The notes below the pieces were generated by a model. It searched no databases and was not told the DNA's origin. It was given only the letters and a program-made list of their open reading frames with translations. The position numbers and the translations under genes were made by a program. From Thermoanaerobaculia bacterium (GTDB taxonomy: Bacteria > Acidobacteriota > Thermoanaerobaculia > UBA5066), in NCBI GenBank assembly GCA_963719225.1, contig CAVRAY010000002.1:96001-160000 (forward strand): a DNA stretch of 64,000 nucleotides, in the 5' to 3' direction. This document shows, in pieces, positions 1-10,110 of the stretch. Within the stretch, counting starts at the first letter, position 1, and every line of letters starts with the position of its first letter.

Positions 1-70
1 GCACGGCGTAGACGTAGCGGTTCTTTCCACGCACCCGCGGGTGGAGCGTCGGAAGATCCGTGCCGGTCAC
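1..70 (-). CDS. 5' end of a gene running off the window, possibly a radical SAM protein
   Basis: GTG at 70-68 reads MTGTDLPTLHPRVRGKNRYVYAV and is divergent from the kinase. The HPR...NRYVY start resembles a radical SAM family from memory; only 23 codons are visible. Confidence 0.3.
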   Translation of the reverse strand, partial: MTGTDLPTLHPRVRGKNRYVYAV

Positions 71-130
71 GGGTGGATTCTCGCCTCCCGCGGCAGCCGC
101 GGTCCTCCGGTATTCTTCCCGAGGCCAGCC

Positions 131-1924
131 ATGCCGATTACGACCGGCACCATCCTCGGGCGTTACCGCCTCCTCGAAAGGGCAGGCGTGGGTGGAATGT
201 CCGAAGTCTGGAAGGCCGAGGACGAGACCTTGAAGCGCACCGTCGCCGTGAAGGTCATTCTCGGGCCCGTCGCCCAGGAGTCAACGTTTCGCGAGCGCTT
301 CCTGAGGGAAGCGCGTCTCGTGGCCGGCCTCGAGCATCCGAACGTGCTGCCGGTCTTCGATTACGGCAGCGCGACGATCGACGGGGAGGAGCTGTCCTAC
401 CTCGTCATGCCGCTCGTGGCGGGCGGATCCCTCAAGGGCCGCGTCGCGGGGCCCGTTCCGCCCGCTCTCACGATCGCCTGGCTCTCGGCGATCGCCTCGG
501 CCCTCGACCACGCGCACGCCAAGGGCATCCTCCACCGCGACGTCAAGCCGGGGAACGTCCTGATCGACTCGCAGGGACGGCCGCTCCTCGCCGACTTCGG
601 CCTCGCGCGCAGCGCCGAGGTCTCCTCGGGACTGACCGCGACGGGCACCGTTCTCGGGACGCCGCTCTACATGGCTCCCGAGCAGGCGACCGGCGCGACT
701 CTCAGCGGCCGCGCGGACCAGTACGCGCTCGCGGTGATCGCGTTCGAGCTCCTCGCGGGCCGCGTGCCGTTCTCGGCGCAGTCGCCTCTCGCGGTCCTTC
801 ACCAGCACGTCACGGCGCCTCCGCCGCCTCTCTCGTCGATCCTGCCCGGCACGTCCCCCGCGGTAGACGCGGTGCTCGCTCGCGGCCTCTCGAAGGAGCC
901 CGCCGACCGTTTCTCTTCCTGCGGCGCGTTCGTCGCGGCGCTCGCAACGGCGCTGGGCGTCACGGGCACCGCCATGACCGTGCCGCAGAACATGGACGTC
1001 GAATCGCAGGTCCGGACCGTCATCTCGGCGCCGGCGATCGACGCACAGGCGCTCGCGGCGCCGGCCTCGGAATCGAAGCCGCCGAAGGTGGCGCCGGAAG
1101 CGCCCTCGGACTCGTCGCGCGGCGTGAAGGTCGCCCTCGCCGCGCTTTTGCTTCTCAGTGCGGGAGGGGGAATCTATCTGCTCCTGCGCCCGGCTTCGCC
1201 CCGGGAGAAGGAGCAGGGGATTTCTTTGAATGAGAAAAAGACCCCGGCTCTCGGCCAGGCATCCGCTTCGACGGGCGCCACCGCAGTCGCACCGTCCGGC
1301 GTTCCTTCGAAGGTGAACGAAGGTCCGGCCGCGGGCACCGCTTCGGCCGCGAACGAGCCACGACTCCAGTCACCCTTCGAAGAAAAAGACGCCGACACCG
1401 GCGGCTCGAAACGCTCCGGCGCCGCCCTGCGTTCCCTTCCGAAGCAAAAATCTTTTCCCCCTCTTCTCTCCGGCGCCGCGTCTTCCGGCGACACGCATCT
1501 TTCCGCCGCCTGGGAGGCTCTGGACACGAAGGGGCGAAGCCGTCTCACGCGCGAAGACTTCGTCACCGCTATGGGGACCTCGCGCGAGGTGCTCTCCCGG
1601 CGGCCGACGGGCGAAGCGCGTTTTCTCGACGCCTACACGCGGGCCGGGGTGGCGTACGCCGACGGGCGCACGGCCGAGGCCTGGCAGCTCCTGCTTCGCG
1701 CGCTCGAGAACGCGGGGCCCGCGGCCGACACCCGCGTGATGCGCTTCGTCGACGACGAGGTCCGCGCGCTGGGGCCGAACCCCGGCCCGGATGCGGAATG
1801 GGTGATGGGCCTTGCGTTCGGCGACGCGCGAGGCGAGCTCCGCTCCGAGCTGGACAAAGCACAGGAGAGAGCCCCGCGCTCCCCGCGCGTGAGGGAAGCG
1901 CGCGCGCTCGCCGAAGGTCGTTAG
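131..1924 (+). CDS. Hanks-type Ser/Thr protein kinase with one TM helix and C-terminal extracytoplasmic region
   Basis: GxGGMSEVW, VAVK, HRDVKPGN, DFG and GTPLYMAPE motifs; hydrophobic VALAALLLLSAGGGIYLLL; ATG at 131 chosen. Confidence 0.93.
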   Translation: MPITTGTILGRYRLLERAGVGGMSEVWKAEDETLKRTVAVKVILGPVAQESTFRERFLREARLVAGLEHPNVLPVFDYGSATIDGEELSYLVMPLVAGGSLKGRVAGPVPPALTIAWLSAIASALDHAHAKGILHRDVKPGNVLIDSQGRPLLADFGLARSAEVSSGLTATGTVLGTPLYMAPEQATGATLSGRADQYALAVIAFELLAGRVPFSAQSPLAVLHQHVTAPPPPLSSILPGTSPAVDAVLARGLSKEPADRFSSCGAFVAALATALGVTGTAMTVPQNMDVESQVRTVISAPAIDAQALAAPASESKPPKVAPEAPSDSSRGVKVALAALLLLSAGGGIYLLLRPASPREKEQGISLNEKKTPALGQASASTGATAVAPSGVPSKVNEGPAAGTASAANEPRLQSPFEEKDADTGGSKRSGAALRSLPKQKSFPPLLSGAASSGDTHLSAAWEALDTKGRSRLTREDFVTAMGTSREVLSRRPTGEARFLDAYTRAGVAYADGRTAEAWQLLLRALENAGPAADTRVMRFVDDEVRALGPNPGPDAEWVMGLAFGDARGELRSELDKAQERAPRSPRVREARALAEGR

Positions 1925-1932
1925 GAGGAGAC

Positions 1933-2754
1933 ATGCGCCACGCCCGATTTCTCGCCGTCCCGCTTCTCGTTCTCGGTCTTCACGCCGCCGCGCAGGAGAT
2001 TCCGCCCGCCGAGGAGCAGGCGAAGGCGGCCCTCGAGAAGTCGCCGCGCCATGGCGAATGGATCGACGTCAAGATGCCTGCGGGCGGTGCGCCGATCAGG
2101 ACGTGGGTCGTCTACCCGGAGCGGAAGGACAAAGCAGGCGTCGTCCTCGTCATCCATGAGATCTTCGGCCTGTCCGACTGGATCCGCGCCGTCGCGGACC
2201 AGCTCGCGAAGGACGGCTTCATCGCCGTCGCGCCCGACCTTCTGTCCGGCAAGGGTCCCGGCGGCGGCGGGACGGAATCCGCGGCGGGCCGCGACGACGT
2301 CGTCAAGCTCGTTCGGGCTCTCACGCCGGAGGAGACGACCGCGCGCCTGAACACGGTGCGCGAGTGGGCGGTCAAGGTGCCTTCGTCGAACGGGAAGAGC
2401 GCGACGATCGGCTTCTGCTGGGGAGGCACCGCGAGCTTCGCCTTCGCGGCCGCGCAGCCGCTTCTGAACGCGGCCGTCGTGTACTACGGCACCGCGCCGG
2501 CGGACGAGGCGCTCGCCGCCATCACGGCCCCCGTCCTCGGGAATTACGGCGGCGACGACGCGCGCGTCACGGCCACAGTGGCCCCGACCGAAGCCGCGAT
2601 GAAAAAGGCGGGCAAGACGTACGAGCCGCACGTCCACGACGGCGCGGGCCACGGGTTCCTCCGCCAGCAGTCCGGCAAGGAGGGCGCGAACCTGAAGGCC
2701 ACGCGCACCGCGTGGCCCCGGACGATCGCGTTCCTGAAAGACGCGTTGAAGTAG
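1933..2754 (+). CDS. Dienelactone hydrolase family protein (secreted)
   Basis: HEIFGL, GFCWGG nucleophile motif and GAGHGF; signal peptide; AGGAGG RBS before ATG 1933. Confidence 0.92.
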   Translation: MRHARFLAVPLLVLGLHAAAQEIPPAEEQAKAALEKSPRHGEWIDVKMPAGGAPIRTWVVYPERKDKAGVVLVIHEIFGLSDWIRAVADQLAKDGFIAVAPDLLSGKGPGGGGTESAAGRDDVVKLVRALTPEETTARLNTVREWAVKVPSSNGKSATIGFCWGGTASFAFAAAQPLLNAAVVYYGTAPADEALAAITAPVLGNYGGDDARVTATVAPTEAAMKKAGKTYEPHVHDGAGHGFLRQQSGKEGANLKATRTAWPRTIAFLKDALK

Positions 2755-2762
2755 GCGGCGGG

Positions 2763-3683
2763 CTAGTTCCGGAGCGTATCGCCTGCCCGGTAACCCGACC
2801 CGGAGACGGAGACCGCGATCGAGAGACGCGGGCCCTTGACGCTCGAGATCCTCACGCGGCCGACCTTCACTTCGTTCGCGCCGAGGACCTCGCCCGTGTC
2901 CGGGTCCTTAATCTGCTCGCCGACGCGATAGACGTTGAACTCGTCGCCTTCCTTGACGCCCGCTTCCGAGCCGGCGTTCACGTAAAGCGTGCCGCCGTCG
3001 GCCTTCGCGATCTTGCCGACGAGGCCCGAGGCGTCCGCCGTCCCGCCCAGGCCGCCTGTCTCAAGCTTCTTCGCCGAAACCGAGGTGGCGAGCTTTTGGA
3101 CGACGGGCCGGAGGATCTTGTCCAGCTTCTGGCCGTCGTTGCTGCCGCCGCCCGCACCCGCGACGTAGACGCTCTTGTCGGAGGACGAGTCCTTCGCCGT
3201 GTCGGCCCACACGATCTCGCCCGTGGAGGTGTTGATCGCCCGCGCGTCGATGGCCGCGTCCATCCGCTGCGTCTTCATGCTGAACGACGGCAGGCCGCCG
3301 TAGCCGGGGACGTTCGCCCCCGAGTTCGTCACGCCGAATTCCGTGACGGCGCCCACGATGAGGTACTCGACGCCCAGCAGCTTGCCGACCTTCACGGCGG
3401 TCTTGGGATCGACGTCGCCGGAGAGGGAGAGGTTCTTCTCCTGCATCAGTGACTGGAGACGCTCGCGATCGATGACGCGGAACGCGTCGCCCTTGACGAG
3501 CGCGGTGACCATCATGTCCTGCGCGGCGCGGCCCACGTGGTACCAGCTGTAATAGTGGGTCGACTTGTCCACGAACTCCAGAACGGCCACGCGGGGCTTC
3601 GCGCCTCCCGCGGCCTGCGCGGCGGGCGCGCCCGCGAGAAGGACGGCGAACAGGACGAAGAGAAGACTCGAGACACGGCGCAT
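2763..3683 (-). CDS. CsgG/HfaB family protein with FlgT-like C-terminal domain
   Basis: Signal peptide; RVAVLEF...FRVIDRERL...EKNLS...GKLLGVEYLIVGAVTEFG pattern; C-terminal YVNAGSEAGVKEGDEF. Confidence 0.85.
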   Translation of the reverse strand: MRRVSSLLFVLFAVLLAGAPAAQAAGGAKPRVAVLEFVDKSTHYYSWYHVGRAAQDMMVTALVKGDAFRVIDRERLQSLMQEKNLSLSGDVDPKTAVKVGKLLGVEYLIVGAVTEFGVTNSGANVPGYGGLPSFSMKTQRMDAAIDARAINTSTGEIVWADTAKDSSSDKSVYVAGAGGGSNDGQKLDKILRPVVQKLATSVSAKKLETGGLGGTADASGLVGKIAKADGGTLYVNAGSEAGVKEGDEFNVYRVGEQIKDPDTGEVLGANEVKVGRVRISSVKGPRLSIAVSVSGSGYRAGDTLRN

Positions 3684-3735
3684 AATGGGTTTTCCTCCTG
3701 AAGACGAAGGCATTCTAATTCCTTACACTCCCGCC

Positions 3736-4029
3736 GTGCAGACGGACGGCGAGAACGGCCCCATCGCGATCCCCATCGAGGACGTCCTCGACCTCCATCC
3801 TTTCCGTCCGAACGAAACGGCCTCGGTCGTGTCGGAATACGTCGCGGCGGCCGCAGCGAAGGGGTTCAGCGAAATCCGCCTGATCCACGGACGCGGAGTC
3901 GGCGTTCAGCGCGCGATCGTGAGAAAGACGCTCGAGCGTTCCTCTTTCGTCACGTCGTTCGAGGACGCGACGCCCGAGCGCGGCGGGTGGGGCGCGACCG
4001 TGGTGCGGCTCGCGCCGCCCGGCTCGTGA
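3736..4029 (+). CDS. Stand-alone Smr/MutS2 domain protein
   Basis: LDLH...IIHGRGxG...GGWGATVV motifs (here LIHGRGVG); GTG 3736 lies 6 nt after TACACT. Confidence 0.9.
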   Translation: MQTDGENGPIAIPIEDVLDLHPFRPNETASVVSEYVAAAAAKGFSEIRLIHGRGVGVQRAIVRKTLERSSFVTSFEDATPERGGWGATVVRLAPPGS

Positions 4030-5036
4030 GCGAAGACGACCTCCTCGACCTCGTGATCGTGGGCGCCGGCCCGGCCGGCATCGCCCTCGGCGCCGAAGCC
4101 GTCGCGGCCGGGATCTCCCCCGCCCGCGTCCTCATCCTCGAGAGGGGCGAAGCCCACTCGTTCTCGATCCGGAAGTTCTATCCCGAGTCGAAGCTGGTCA
4201 CGGCGAACTACAAGGGCCTTCCGGCGGTCTGCACGGGAGTCCTCTGCCTAACGGACGCGAGCAAGGGCGAGACGCTCACGTATCTCGATCGCGCGATCCA
4301 GGACAACGGCCTCGTCGTGCGATACGGCGAAGCGGTCGGCGCCATCCGCCCGCGCGACGGTTTCTTCCTGGTGGAGACTTCGGCGGCGACCTATCGAGCC
4401 CGGACCTGCGCGGTCGCGATCGGCATCCTCGGCCGGCCGCGGAAACCCGACTGGCCGATCCCGTCTCCCCTCAGGGCGAAGATCACGTACGACATCACGT
4501 CCGTACAGCTCCGCAGGGTCGACACGCTCATCGTGGGAGGCGGCGATTCGGCTTCCGAGTACGCGCAGTACCTCGTCCAGGAGGAGTGCCGGGTCGTCCT
4601 GTCGTACCGAGGTTCCTCGTTCCATCGCATGAACGACATCAACCGCTCTTCGCTCCTGGCCCTCGAGGAGCAGGGCCGCGTGCTCGTCCTCCCCGGCACG
4701 AACGTCGCGCACGTCGAGAGCGACAAGGGTCGGCCCCGCGTCCACTTCACCGAGGGCAAGCCGAAGCCCGAGACGTTCGACCACGTCGTCCTCGCGCTCG
4801 GCGGCACTACGCCCGAGAACTTCCTCAAGACGATCGGCATCGATTTCGACGGGCAGACGCCCGTCCTGCGCGAGGGCTACGAAACGTCGATACCCGGCCT
4901 GTTCCTCGTGGGCGATCTGACCGCGGGGAAGACGGGCGGCTCGATCATCTCGGCCTTCAACTCCGCGAACGACGCGATGCGCGCGCTCTGCGAGGGGCAT
5001 CTCGACTGTCCGATTCCGCCGCGCCCGCGCTCCTGA
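4026..5036 (+). CDS. FAD/NAD(P)H-dependent oxidoreductase, thioredoxin-reductase-like without CxxC (YpdA/FqrB-like)
   Basis: GAGPAG, GGGDSA and TSIPGLFLVGD motifs; GTGA overlap with the Smr gene. Confidence 0.85.
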   Translation: MSEDDLLDLVIVGAGPAGIALGAEAVAAGISPARVLILERGEAHSFSIRKFYPESKLVTANYKGLPAVCTGVLCLTDASKGETLTYLDRAIQDNGLVVRYGEAVGAIRPRDGFFLVETSAATYRARTCAVAIGILGRPRKPDWPIPSPLRAKITYDITSVQLRRVDTLIVGGGDSASEYAQYLVQEECRVVLSYRGSSFHRMNDINRSSLLALEEQGRVLVLPGTNVAHVESDKGRPRVHFTEGKPKPETFDHVVLALGGTTPENFLKTIGIDFDGQTPVLREGYETSIPGLFLVGDLTAGKTGGSIISAFNSANDAMRALCEGHLDCPIPPRPRS

Positions 5037-5074
5037 GCCGCGTTTACGCGCATGATTTCCGCTAGACTCCGCCG

Positions 5075-6172
5075 GTGAAAAACCTGACACCTCCGGCGAA
5101 AAAAGAGCGCACGACCGTCATCCGAGGCTCCGGCTTCTACGTGCCTCCCCGGGTCGTCACGAACGAGATGATGGGCCGGATCATGGACACGAACGACGAG
5201 TGGGTCGTGCCGCGCACAGGAATCCGCGAGCGTCGCTTCGTCGAGCCGGGCATCGGCTCGTCCGAGATCGGCGCGACGGCTTCCGAGGCCGCCCTCCGCG
5301 ATGCCGGCGTCGAGGCCTCCGACATCGACTTCGTGATTTTCGCCACCATGACGCCCGACCACTACTTCCCCGGAAACGGTGGGCTCCTCGCCCGCCGGCT
5401 CGGCATGAAGACGACGCACGCGCTCGACATCCGGATGCAGTGCACGGGCTTTCTTTCGGGCTTGCAGACCGCCGACGCGTTCATTCGCTCGGGTATGTAC
5501 GACCGCATTCTCCTCGTGGGCGCCGAGGTGCACAGCGGCCTCATGCCGTGGCCCGAGCACGTCTGGGACGTCATGCTCGGAAAGTCTCCGGGGCCGTGTG
5601 ACCCGCACTGGTTCGAGCGCGCCACCGGGATGCGCGACCGGGCCGTGCTCTTCGGCGACGGCGCCGGCGCGATGGTCCTCGAGGCGAACACGACCGGTGA
5701 CGGGCGCGGGATCCTCGGGTTCGCGATGTACACGGACGGCGAGCACTGGGACAAGCTCTACGTGCCCGGCGGCGGATGCAAGTCGCGCCCCTACTTCACG
5801 CCCGAGATGTTCGAGAATCTCGGCACGATTCCGATCGTGGAAGGGCGCCAGGTGTTCAAGCTCGCGGCGAGCCTCATGCCTGCCGCCGTGCAGGAAGTTC
5901 TCGCCGGCAATGGAAGAACGCTCGAAGAGCTCGACCTCCTTCTCATGCACCAGGCGAACCTGCGCATCTGCGAGGCGGCGCAGAAGGTCCTGGGCCTTCC
6001 GGACGAGAAGGTGTTCAACAACATCGAGAAGTACGGCAACACGACGGCCGGAACGCTCCCGATCGCGTTCCACGAGGCGAAGATGGCGGGCAAGGTGAAG
6101 CGCGGCGATCTCCTCGCCTTCACCGCGCTCGGCGCGGGCCTTCACTGGGGTGCGGGGCTGGCGGTCGTCTAG
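5075..6172 (+). CDS. fabH: 3-oxoacyl-ACP synthase III family protein
   Basis: RTGIRERR, QCTGF (catalytic Cys), LFGDGAGA, HQAN, YGNT and GAGLHWG. Confidence 0.9.
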   Translation: MKNLTPPAKKERTTVIRGSGFYVPPRVVTNEMMGRIMDTNDEWVVPRTGIRERRFVEPGIGSSEIGATASEAALRDAGVEASDIDFVIFATMTPDHYFPGNGGLLARRLGMKTTHALDIRMQCTGFLSGLQTADAFIRSGMYDRILLVGAEVHSGLMPWPEHVWDVMLGKSPGPCDPHWFERATGMRDRAVLFGDGAGAMVLEANTTGDGRGILGFAMYTDGEHWDKLYVPGGGCKSRPYFTPEMFENLGTIPIVEGRQVFKLAASLMPAAVQEVLAGNGRTLEELDLLLMHQANLRICEAAQKVLGLPDEKVFNNIEKYGNTTAGTLPIAFHEAKMAGKVKRGDLLAFTALGAGLHWGAGLAVV

Positions 6173-6570
6173 CCCTTCGCGACCTTCGCCGAGACGCGCT
6201 TCATCAGGCGCGCGACCTCGACGGGTGCGCGGCGGTGCGTGCCCGAGCCGATGAGGTCCACGCCGTCGTGCGCCTCGACCGCGAAGGTCACGTCCTTCTC
6301 GCCGACCGCGGTGACGACCGCCTTCGACGTCACCGTCGCGCCGACCGGCGTCGCCGCGAGGTGCGTCACGTTCACCTCGATGCCCACCGAGACCCAGCCC
6401 TCCGGCAGAAACGGCTGGATCGCGTCGGCGGCGGCCGTCTCCATGTGAAGGATGAGCATCAGGGTGCCGTAGACCTCCGGCATCCCCGGGACGAAGTGCC
6501 CGACCGTCTGCTCCTTCGTGACGACGTCGCGCCGCACGAAGGACGTACCGACTGGAATCGCAAAGGCCAT
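6169..6570 (-). CDS. FlK-like hot-dog fold thioesterase
   Basis: VYGTLMLILHME...SVGIEVNVTHLAATPVG...GTHRRA; RBS-like GGAGG before ATG 6570. Confidence 0.88.
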   Translation of the reverse strand: MAFAIPVGTSFVRRDVVTKEQTVGHFVPGMPEVYGTLMLILHMETAAADAIQPFLPEGWVSVGIEVNVTHLAATPVGATVTSKAVVTAVGEKDVTFAVEAHDGVDLIGSGTHRRAPVEVARLMKRVSAKVAKG

Positions 6571-6602
6571 CTCGCCCTCCCGGCCCGATTCTAGTTGCGG
6601 GC

Positions 6603-6638
6603 CGGACAGATGTCCGCGGATCGGCGGACACCTGTCAC
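6603..6638. promoter_or_regulatory. Tandem palindromic enhancer (UAS) for a sigma54 activator
   Basis: CGGACA-GA-TGTCCG (6603-6616) and CGGACA-CC-TGTCAC (6625-6638), 22 bp apart, upstream of a -24/-12 promoter. Confidence 0.7.
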
Positions 6639-6700
6639 CCGCTTCGCTGCCCGGCTCCCGAAAGCTCCTGCAAAACTGCGTGTCGAATCGCGAGCGGGGC

Positions 6701-6715
6701 TGGCCCCGGGGTTGC
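6701..6715 (+). promoter_or_regulatory. sigma54 (-24/-12) promoter of the ABC exporter operon
   Basis: TGGCCCCGGGGTTGC has the GG-N10-GC spacing of TGGCAC-N5-TTGC; an NtrC-type activator lies in the same cluster. Confidence 0.72.
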
Positions 6716-6728
6716 TCTCTTCCCGCCG

Positions 6729-8003
6729 ATGATCGAGAGCATCTCCCCGATGGACAAGGTTCTCGAGCGACCGAAGCGCCTCTCGAGAGTCCCTCGCGTC
6801 TGGATCGCCGCGGGCGCGGGTGTCGTGCTGCTCTCCCTCGCTGCGATTCCGACACTGCGCCGCTGGACGAAGGCGGAGAGAACCGTCTCGCTCGCCTCCC
6901 TCCGCATCGGCACGGTGGAGCGCGGGGATCTCGTGCGGGACGCCTCCGCGCAGGGGAAGGTCGTGGCTGCGCTCCATCCGACGCTCTTCGCCCCGGCCCA
7001 GGGAATCGTCTCCTTGAGCGTGAAGGCCGGAGACACCGTGAAGAAAGGGCAGCTCCTCGCGCGGATCGAGAGCCCCGAGCTCATGAGCCGCCTCATGCAG
7101 GAGAGGTCGACGCTCCTTTCGATGCAGTCGGCCCTCGGGCGCCAGCGAATCCTCGCGCGCCAGTCCGCCGCGAAGAGCGCGCAGGACATCGACGTCCTCG
7201 AGGTGAAGCTCAGCGCCGCCGAACGGCTCATGGACCGCGCCGACCGCACGTTCAAGGAAGGCCTCCTCAACAAGACGGACTACGAGAAGGCGAAGGACGA
7301 CCTGAAGATCGCCCAGTACGAGCTCCGGAACGCGAAGGGCGCGGCGCTCCTCGACAAGGAGACGGCCGAGTTCGACATCCGGGACAAGGAGGCGCTCGAG
7401 CGCCGTGAGGCCTCCGTCGTGGGCGAGCTGCAACGGCAGGTCTCGGAGCTCACGATCGCGGCTCCGTTCGACGGCATGGTCGCCTCCGTCGCCGTTCAGG
7501 ACCGCGATTCGGTTCCGGCGGCGACCCCCGTCCTCATGCTCGTGAACCTCGCGACGTACGAGGTCGAGATCACCGTGCCGGAAAACTACGGCGCCGACCT
7601 CGCGCCGGGCGCCGAGGCGCGCATCTTCTACGAGGGCAGGGAATACCCCGGGAAGCTCACGACGATCTCGCCCGAGGTGAAGGACAGCCAGGTGAAGGGC
7701 ATCGTCGTCTTCGCGGGCGAGTCTCCGTCGGGCCTGAGGCAGAGCCAGCGGGTCAGCGTCCGGCTGCTCTTCGAGACGCGTAAGGGCGTCCTCAAGCTCC
7801 CGCGCGGGCCGTTCCTCGAAAGCGGCGGCGGCCGCGCCGCCTGGGTCGTGGATGCGTCCGGCGTCGCGACGCGCCGCGAGATCCAGACCGGCGCCGTGAG
7901 CGTTGCGGAAGTCGAGGTCGCCCGCGGCCTCGCCGAGGGCGAGCGCGTCATCCTGTCCGACACCACCGAGTTCGGCCCCGCGAAGAACGTTCTCGTGCGC
8001 TGA
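6729..8003 (+). CDS. Efflux periplasmic adaptor (HlyD/MacA-like membrane fusion protein)
   Basis: N-terminal TM; VKAGDTVKKGQLLA and IAAPFDGMV lipoyl-like halves; coiled coil. Confidence 0.9.
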   Translation: MIESISPMDKVLERPKRLSRVPRVWIAAGAGVVLLSLAAIPTLRRWTKAERTVSLASLRIGTVERGDLVRDASAQGKVVAALHPTLFAPAQGIVSLSVKAGDTVKKGQLLARIESPELMSRLMQERSTLLSMQSALGRQRILARQSAAKSAQDIDVLEVKLSAAERLMDRADRTFKEGLLNKTDYEKAKDDLKIAQYELRNAKGAALLDKETAEFDIRDKEALERREASVVGELQRQVSELTIAAPFDGMVASVAVQDRDSVPAATPVLMLVNLATYEVEITVPENYGADLAPGAEARIFYEGREYPGKLTTISPEVKDSQVKGIVVFAGESPSGLRQSQRVSVRLLFETRKGVLKLPRGPFLESGGGRAAWVVDASGVATRREIQTGAVSVAEVEVARGLAEGERVILSDTTEFGPAKNVLVR

Positions 8004-8029
8004 GCGTCCCACCACCAAGGAGAAATCTC

Positions 8030-8761
8030 ATGTTGTCGATGCGTGGAATCCAGAAGGTCTACCGGACCGATCTCGTCGAGACGCACGCCCTCCACGAATT
8101 CTCTCTGGACGTCGCGTCCGGCGAGTTCGTGGCCGTGATGGGGCGGTCGGGCTCCGGGAAGACGACGTTCCTGAACATCGCCGGGCTCCTCGACACGTTC
8201 GACGCGGGCACCTACACGCTCGACGGCGAGGACGTGAGCCGGCTCAAGGACCGGGAGATGTCGCGCATCCGCAACCACAAGATCGGGTTCGTCTTCCAGA
8301 GCTTCAACCTGATTCCGGACCTGGACGTCTTCGACAACGTCGACGTCCCGCTGAGGTACCGGCGGCTTCCGTCAAGCGAGCGAAAGGAGCGCATCGAGCG
8401 GGCCGTCGAGCTCGTCGGCCTCTCCTCGCGCCTCCATCACCTGCCGTCCCAGCTTTCCGGCGGCCAGCAGCAGCGCGTCGCGGTCGCGCGCGTCCTCGCG
8501 GGAGATCCGAAGCTCATCCTCGCCGACGAGCCGACGGGCAACCTCGACACGATGATGTCGCGCGAGGTCATGGACCTCCTCGAGAAGATCAACGCGAGCG
8601 GCACGACGATCGTCATGGTCACGCACGCGCCCGAGTGCGCGGCGCGCGCCTCGCGCGAGATCCACCTCCTGGACGGGAAGGTGATCGACCTCGAGGCTCC
8701 CGCCGCCGGAGACGTGCGCGTGAGGTCCGTCTCCGCCAGCCTCGCGTCGGCGCTTGCCTGA
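8030..8761 (+). CDS. ABC transporter ATP-binding protein (LolD/MacB-like)
   Basis: GRSGSGKT, LSGGQQQRV, ILADEPTGNLD and VTH. Confidence 0.96.
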   Translation: MLSMRGIQKVYRTDLVETHALHEFSLDVASGEFVAVMGRSGSGKTTFLNIAGLLDTFDAGTYTLDGEDVSRLKDREMSRIRNHKIGFVFQSFNLIPDLDVFDNVDVPLRYRRLPSSERKERIERAVELVGLSSRLHHLPSQLSGGQQQRVAVARVLAGDPKLILADEPTGNLDTMMSREVMDLLEKINASGTTIVMVTHAPECAARASREIHLLDGKVIDLEAPAAGDVRVRSVSASLASALA

Positions 8762-8771
8762 GGAGGACGCG

Positions 8772-10100
8772 ATGCTGCTCCACAACCTCCACATTGCGTA
8801 CAAGAGCATGAAGCGCAACCGGACGCTCTCGGCGCTCATCGTCACGGGCATCGCGCTCGGCATTGCGCTCTCGACGACCTTCGCGGCCGCGCGGCACGCG
8901 TTCGCGCGCGATCCCATTCCCGCGAAGAGCCGCGTCCTCCACTACGTGCGGCTGGACTCCTGGGATCCCCAGAAGGAATACCCGGCCCGCAACGGCCCGG
9001 CCGTTCCGACGCAGATTGCCTATCGCGACATGGTCGAGATCATGAAGTCGAAGATCCCGGTCCGGCAGTCGGGGATGTTCAAGACGGCGCTCTACGTCTT
9101 TCCCGATCCGAAGGCCGGACGTCCCTTCAAGGAGATGACCCGGCTCTGCTTCGCGGATTTCTTCCCGATGTTCCTCGCGCCGTTCCAGTACGGCTCGGCG
9201 TGGGACGCCCAAGCCGACGCAAACGCCGAGCCGGTCGCCGTGATCTCGAAGGAGATGAACGAGAAGCTCTTCGGCGGCGGGAACAGCGTCGGGAAGACCG
9301 TGCGCCTCGAGGATCGCGATTTTCGGGTCGTCGGCGTCCTCGCTCCCTGGACTCCGAACATCAAGTTCTACGACCCGACGCAGAACGTCCTCGGCCCGCC
9401 CGAGAACATCTTCATTCCGTTCGCACACCTGATTGCGATGAAGCTCCGGACGAACGGCAATTCCGACGGCTGGGGCCCGTCTCCCGTGACGCCGGGCTTC
9501 GAGGGGCTGCTCGTCTCGGAGACGTGCTGGATCCAGATGTGGGTCGAGCTCAAAGACGCCGCGGCGGTGTCCGCCTACCACGCGTTCCTGGACGCCTACG
9601 CGCTCGACCAGAAGAGACACGGGCGCTTCCTGAGGCCTTTGAACAACCACGTCACGAACGTCCGCGCGCTCATGGACGACTTCCAGATCGTGCCGAAGGA
9701 AGCGAACACGCTCTTCATCGTCGCGCTCCTCTTCCTCGCGGTCTGCGCGCTGAACCTCGTGGGGCTGTTGCTCGGGAAGTTCCTCGCCCGCGCCTCGGAA
9801 GTCGGCGTCAGGCGCGCGCTCGGCGCGAGCCGCTTCGACATCTTCGTGCAGCACCTCGTCGAGTGCGAGCTCGTCGCCCTCGTGGGAGGCTTCATCGGCC
9901 TCGCGCTCTCGATCGGCACGCTCGCGGCCCTGAACACGGTCATGAAGGTGCAGGGCGCGCGGCCCGACTTCTTCCATCTCGACGTCAACATGGTGGGTCT
10001 CTCGCTCGTCCTCTCGCTCGCCGCGGGGTTCATCGCCGGCGTCTATCCGGCCTGGCGCACGTGCCAGCTCCCTCCCGCGGTCCACCTCAACCTTTCCTGA
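8772..10100 (+). CDS. ABC transporter permease (MacB_PCD/FtsX)
   Basis: N-terminal TM, large periplasmic loop, EVGVRRALGA, three C-terminal TMs. Confidence 0.92.
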   Translation: MLLHNLHIAYKSMKRNRTLSALIVTGIALGIALSTTFAAARHAFARDPIPAKSRVLHYVRLDSWDPQKEYPARNGPAVPTQIAYRDMVEIMKSKIPVRQSGMFKTALYVFPDPKAGRPFKEMTRLCFADFFPMFLAPFQYGSAWDAQADANAEPVAVISKEMNEKLFGGGNSVGKTVRLEDRDFRVVGVLAPWTPNIKFYDPTQNVLGPPENIFIPFAHLIAMKLRTNGNSDGWGPSPVTPGFEGLLVSETCWIQMWVELKDAAAVSAYHAFLDAYALDQKRHGRFLRPLNNHVTNVRALMDDFQIVPKEANTLFIVALLFLAVCALNLVGLLLGKFLARASEVGVRRALGASRFDIFVQHLVECELVALVGGFIGLALSIGTLAALNTVMKVQGARPDFFHLDVNMVGLSLVLSLAAGFIAGVYPAWRTCQLPPAVHLNLS

Positions 10101-10110
10101 GGAGTCCCCC

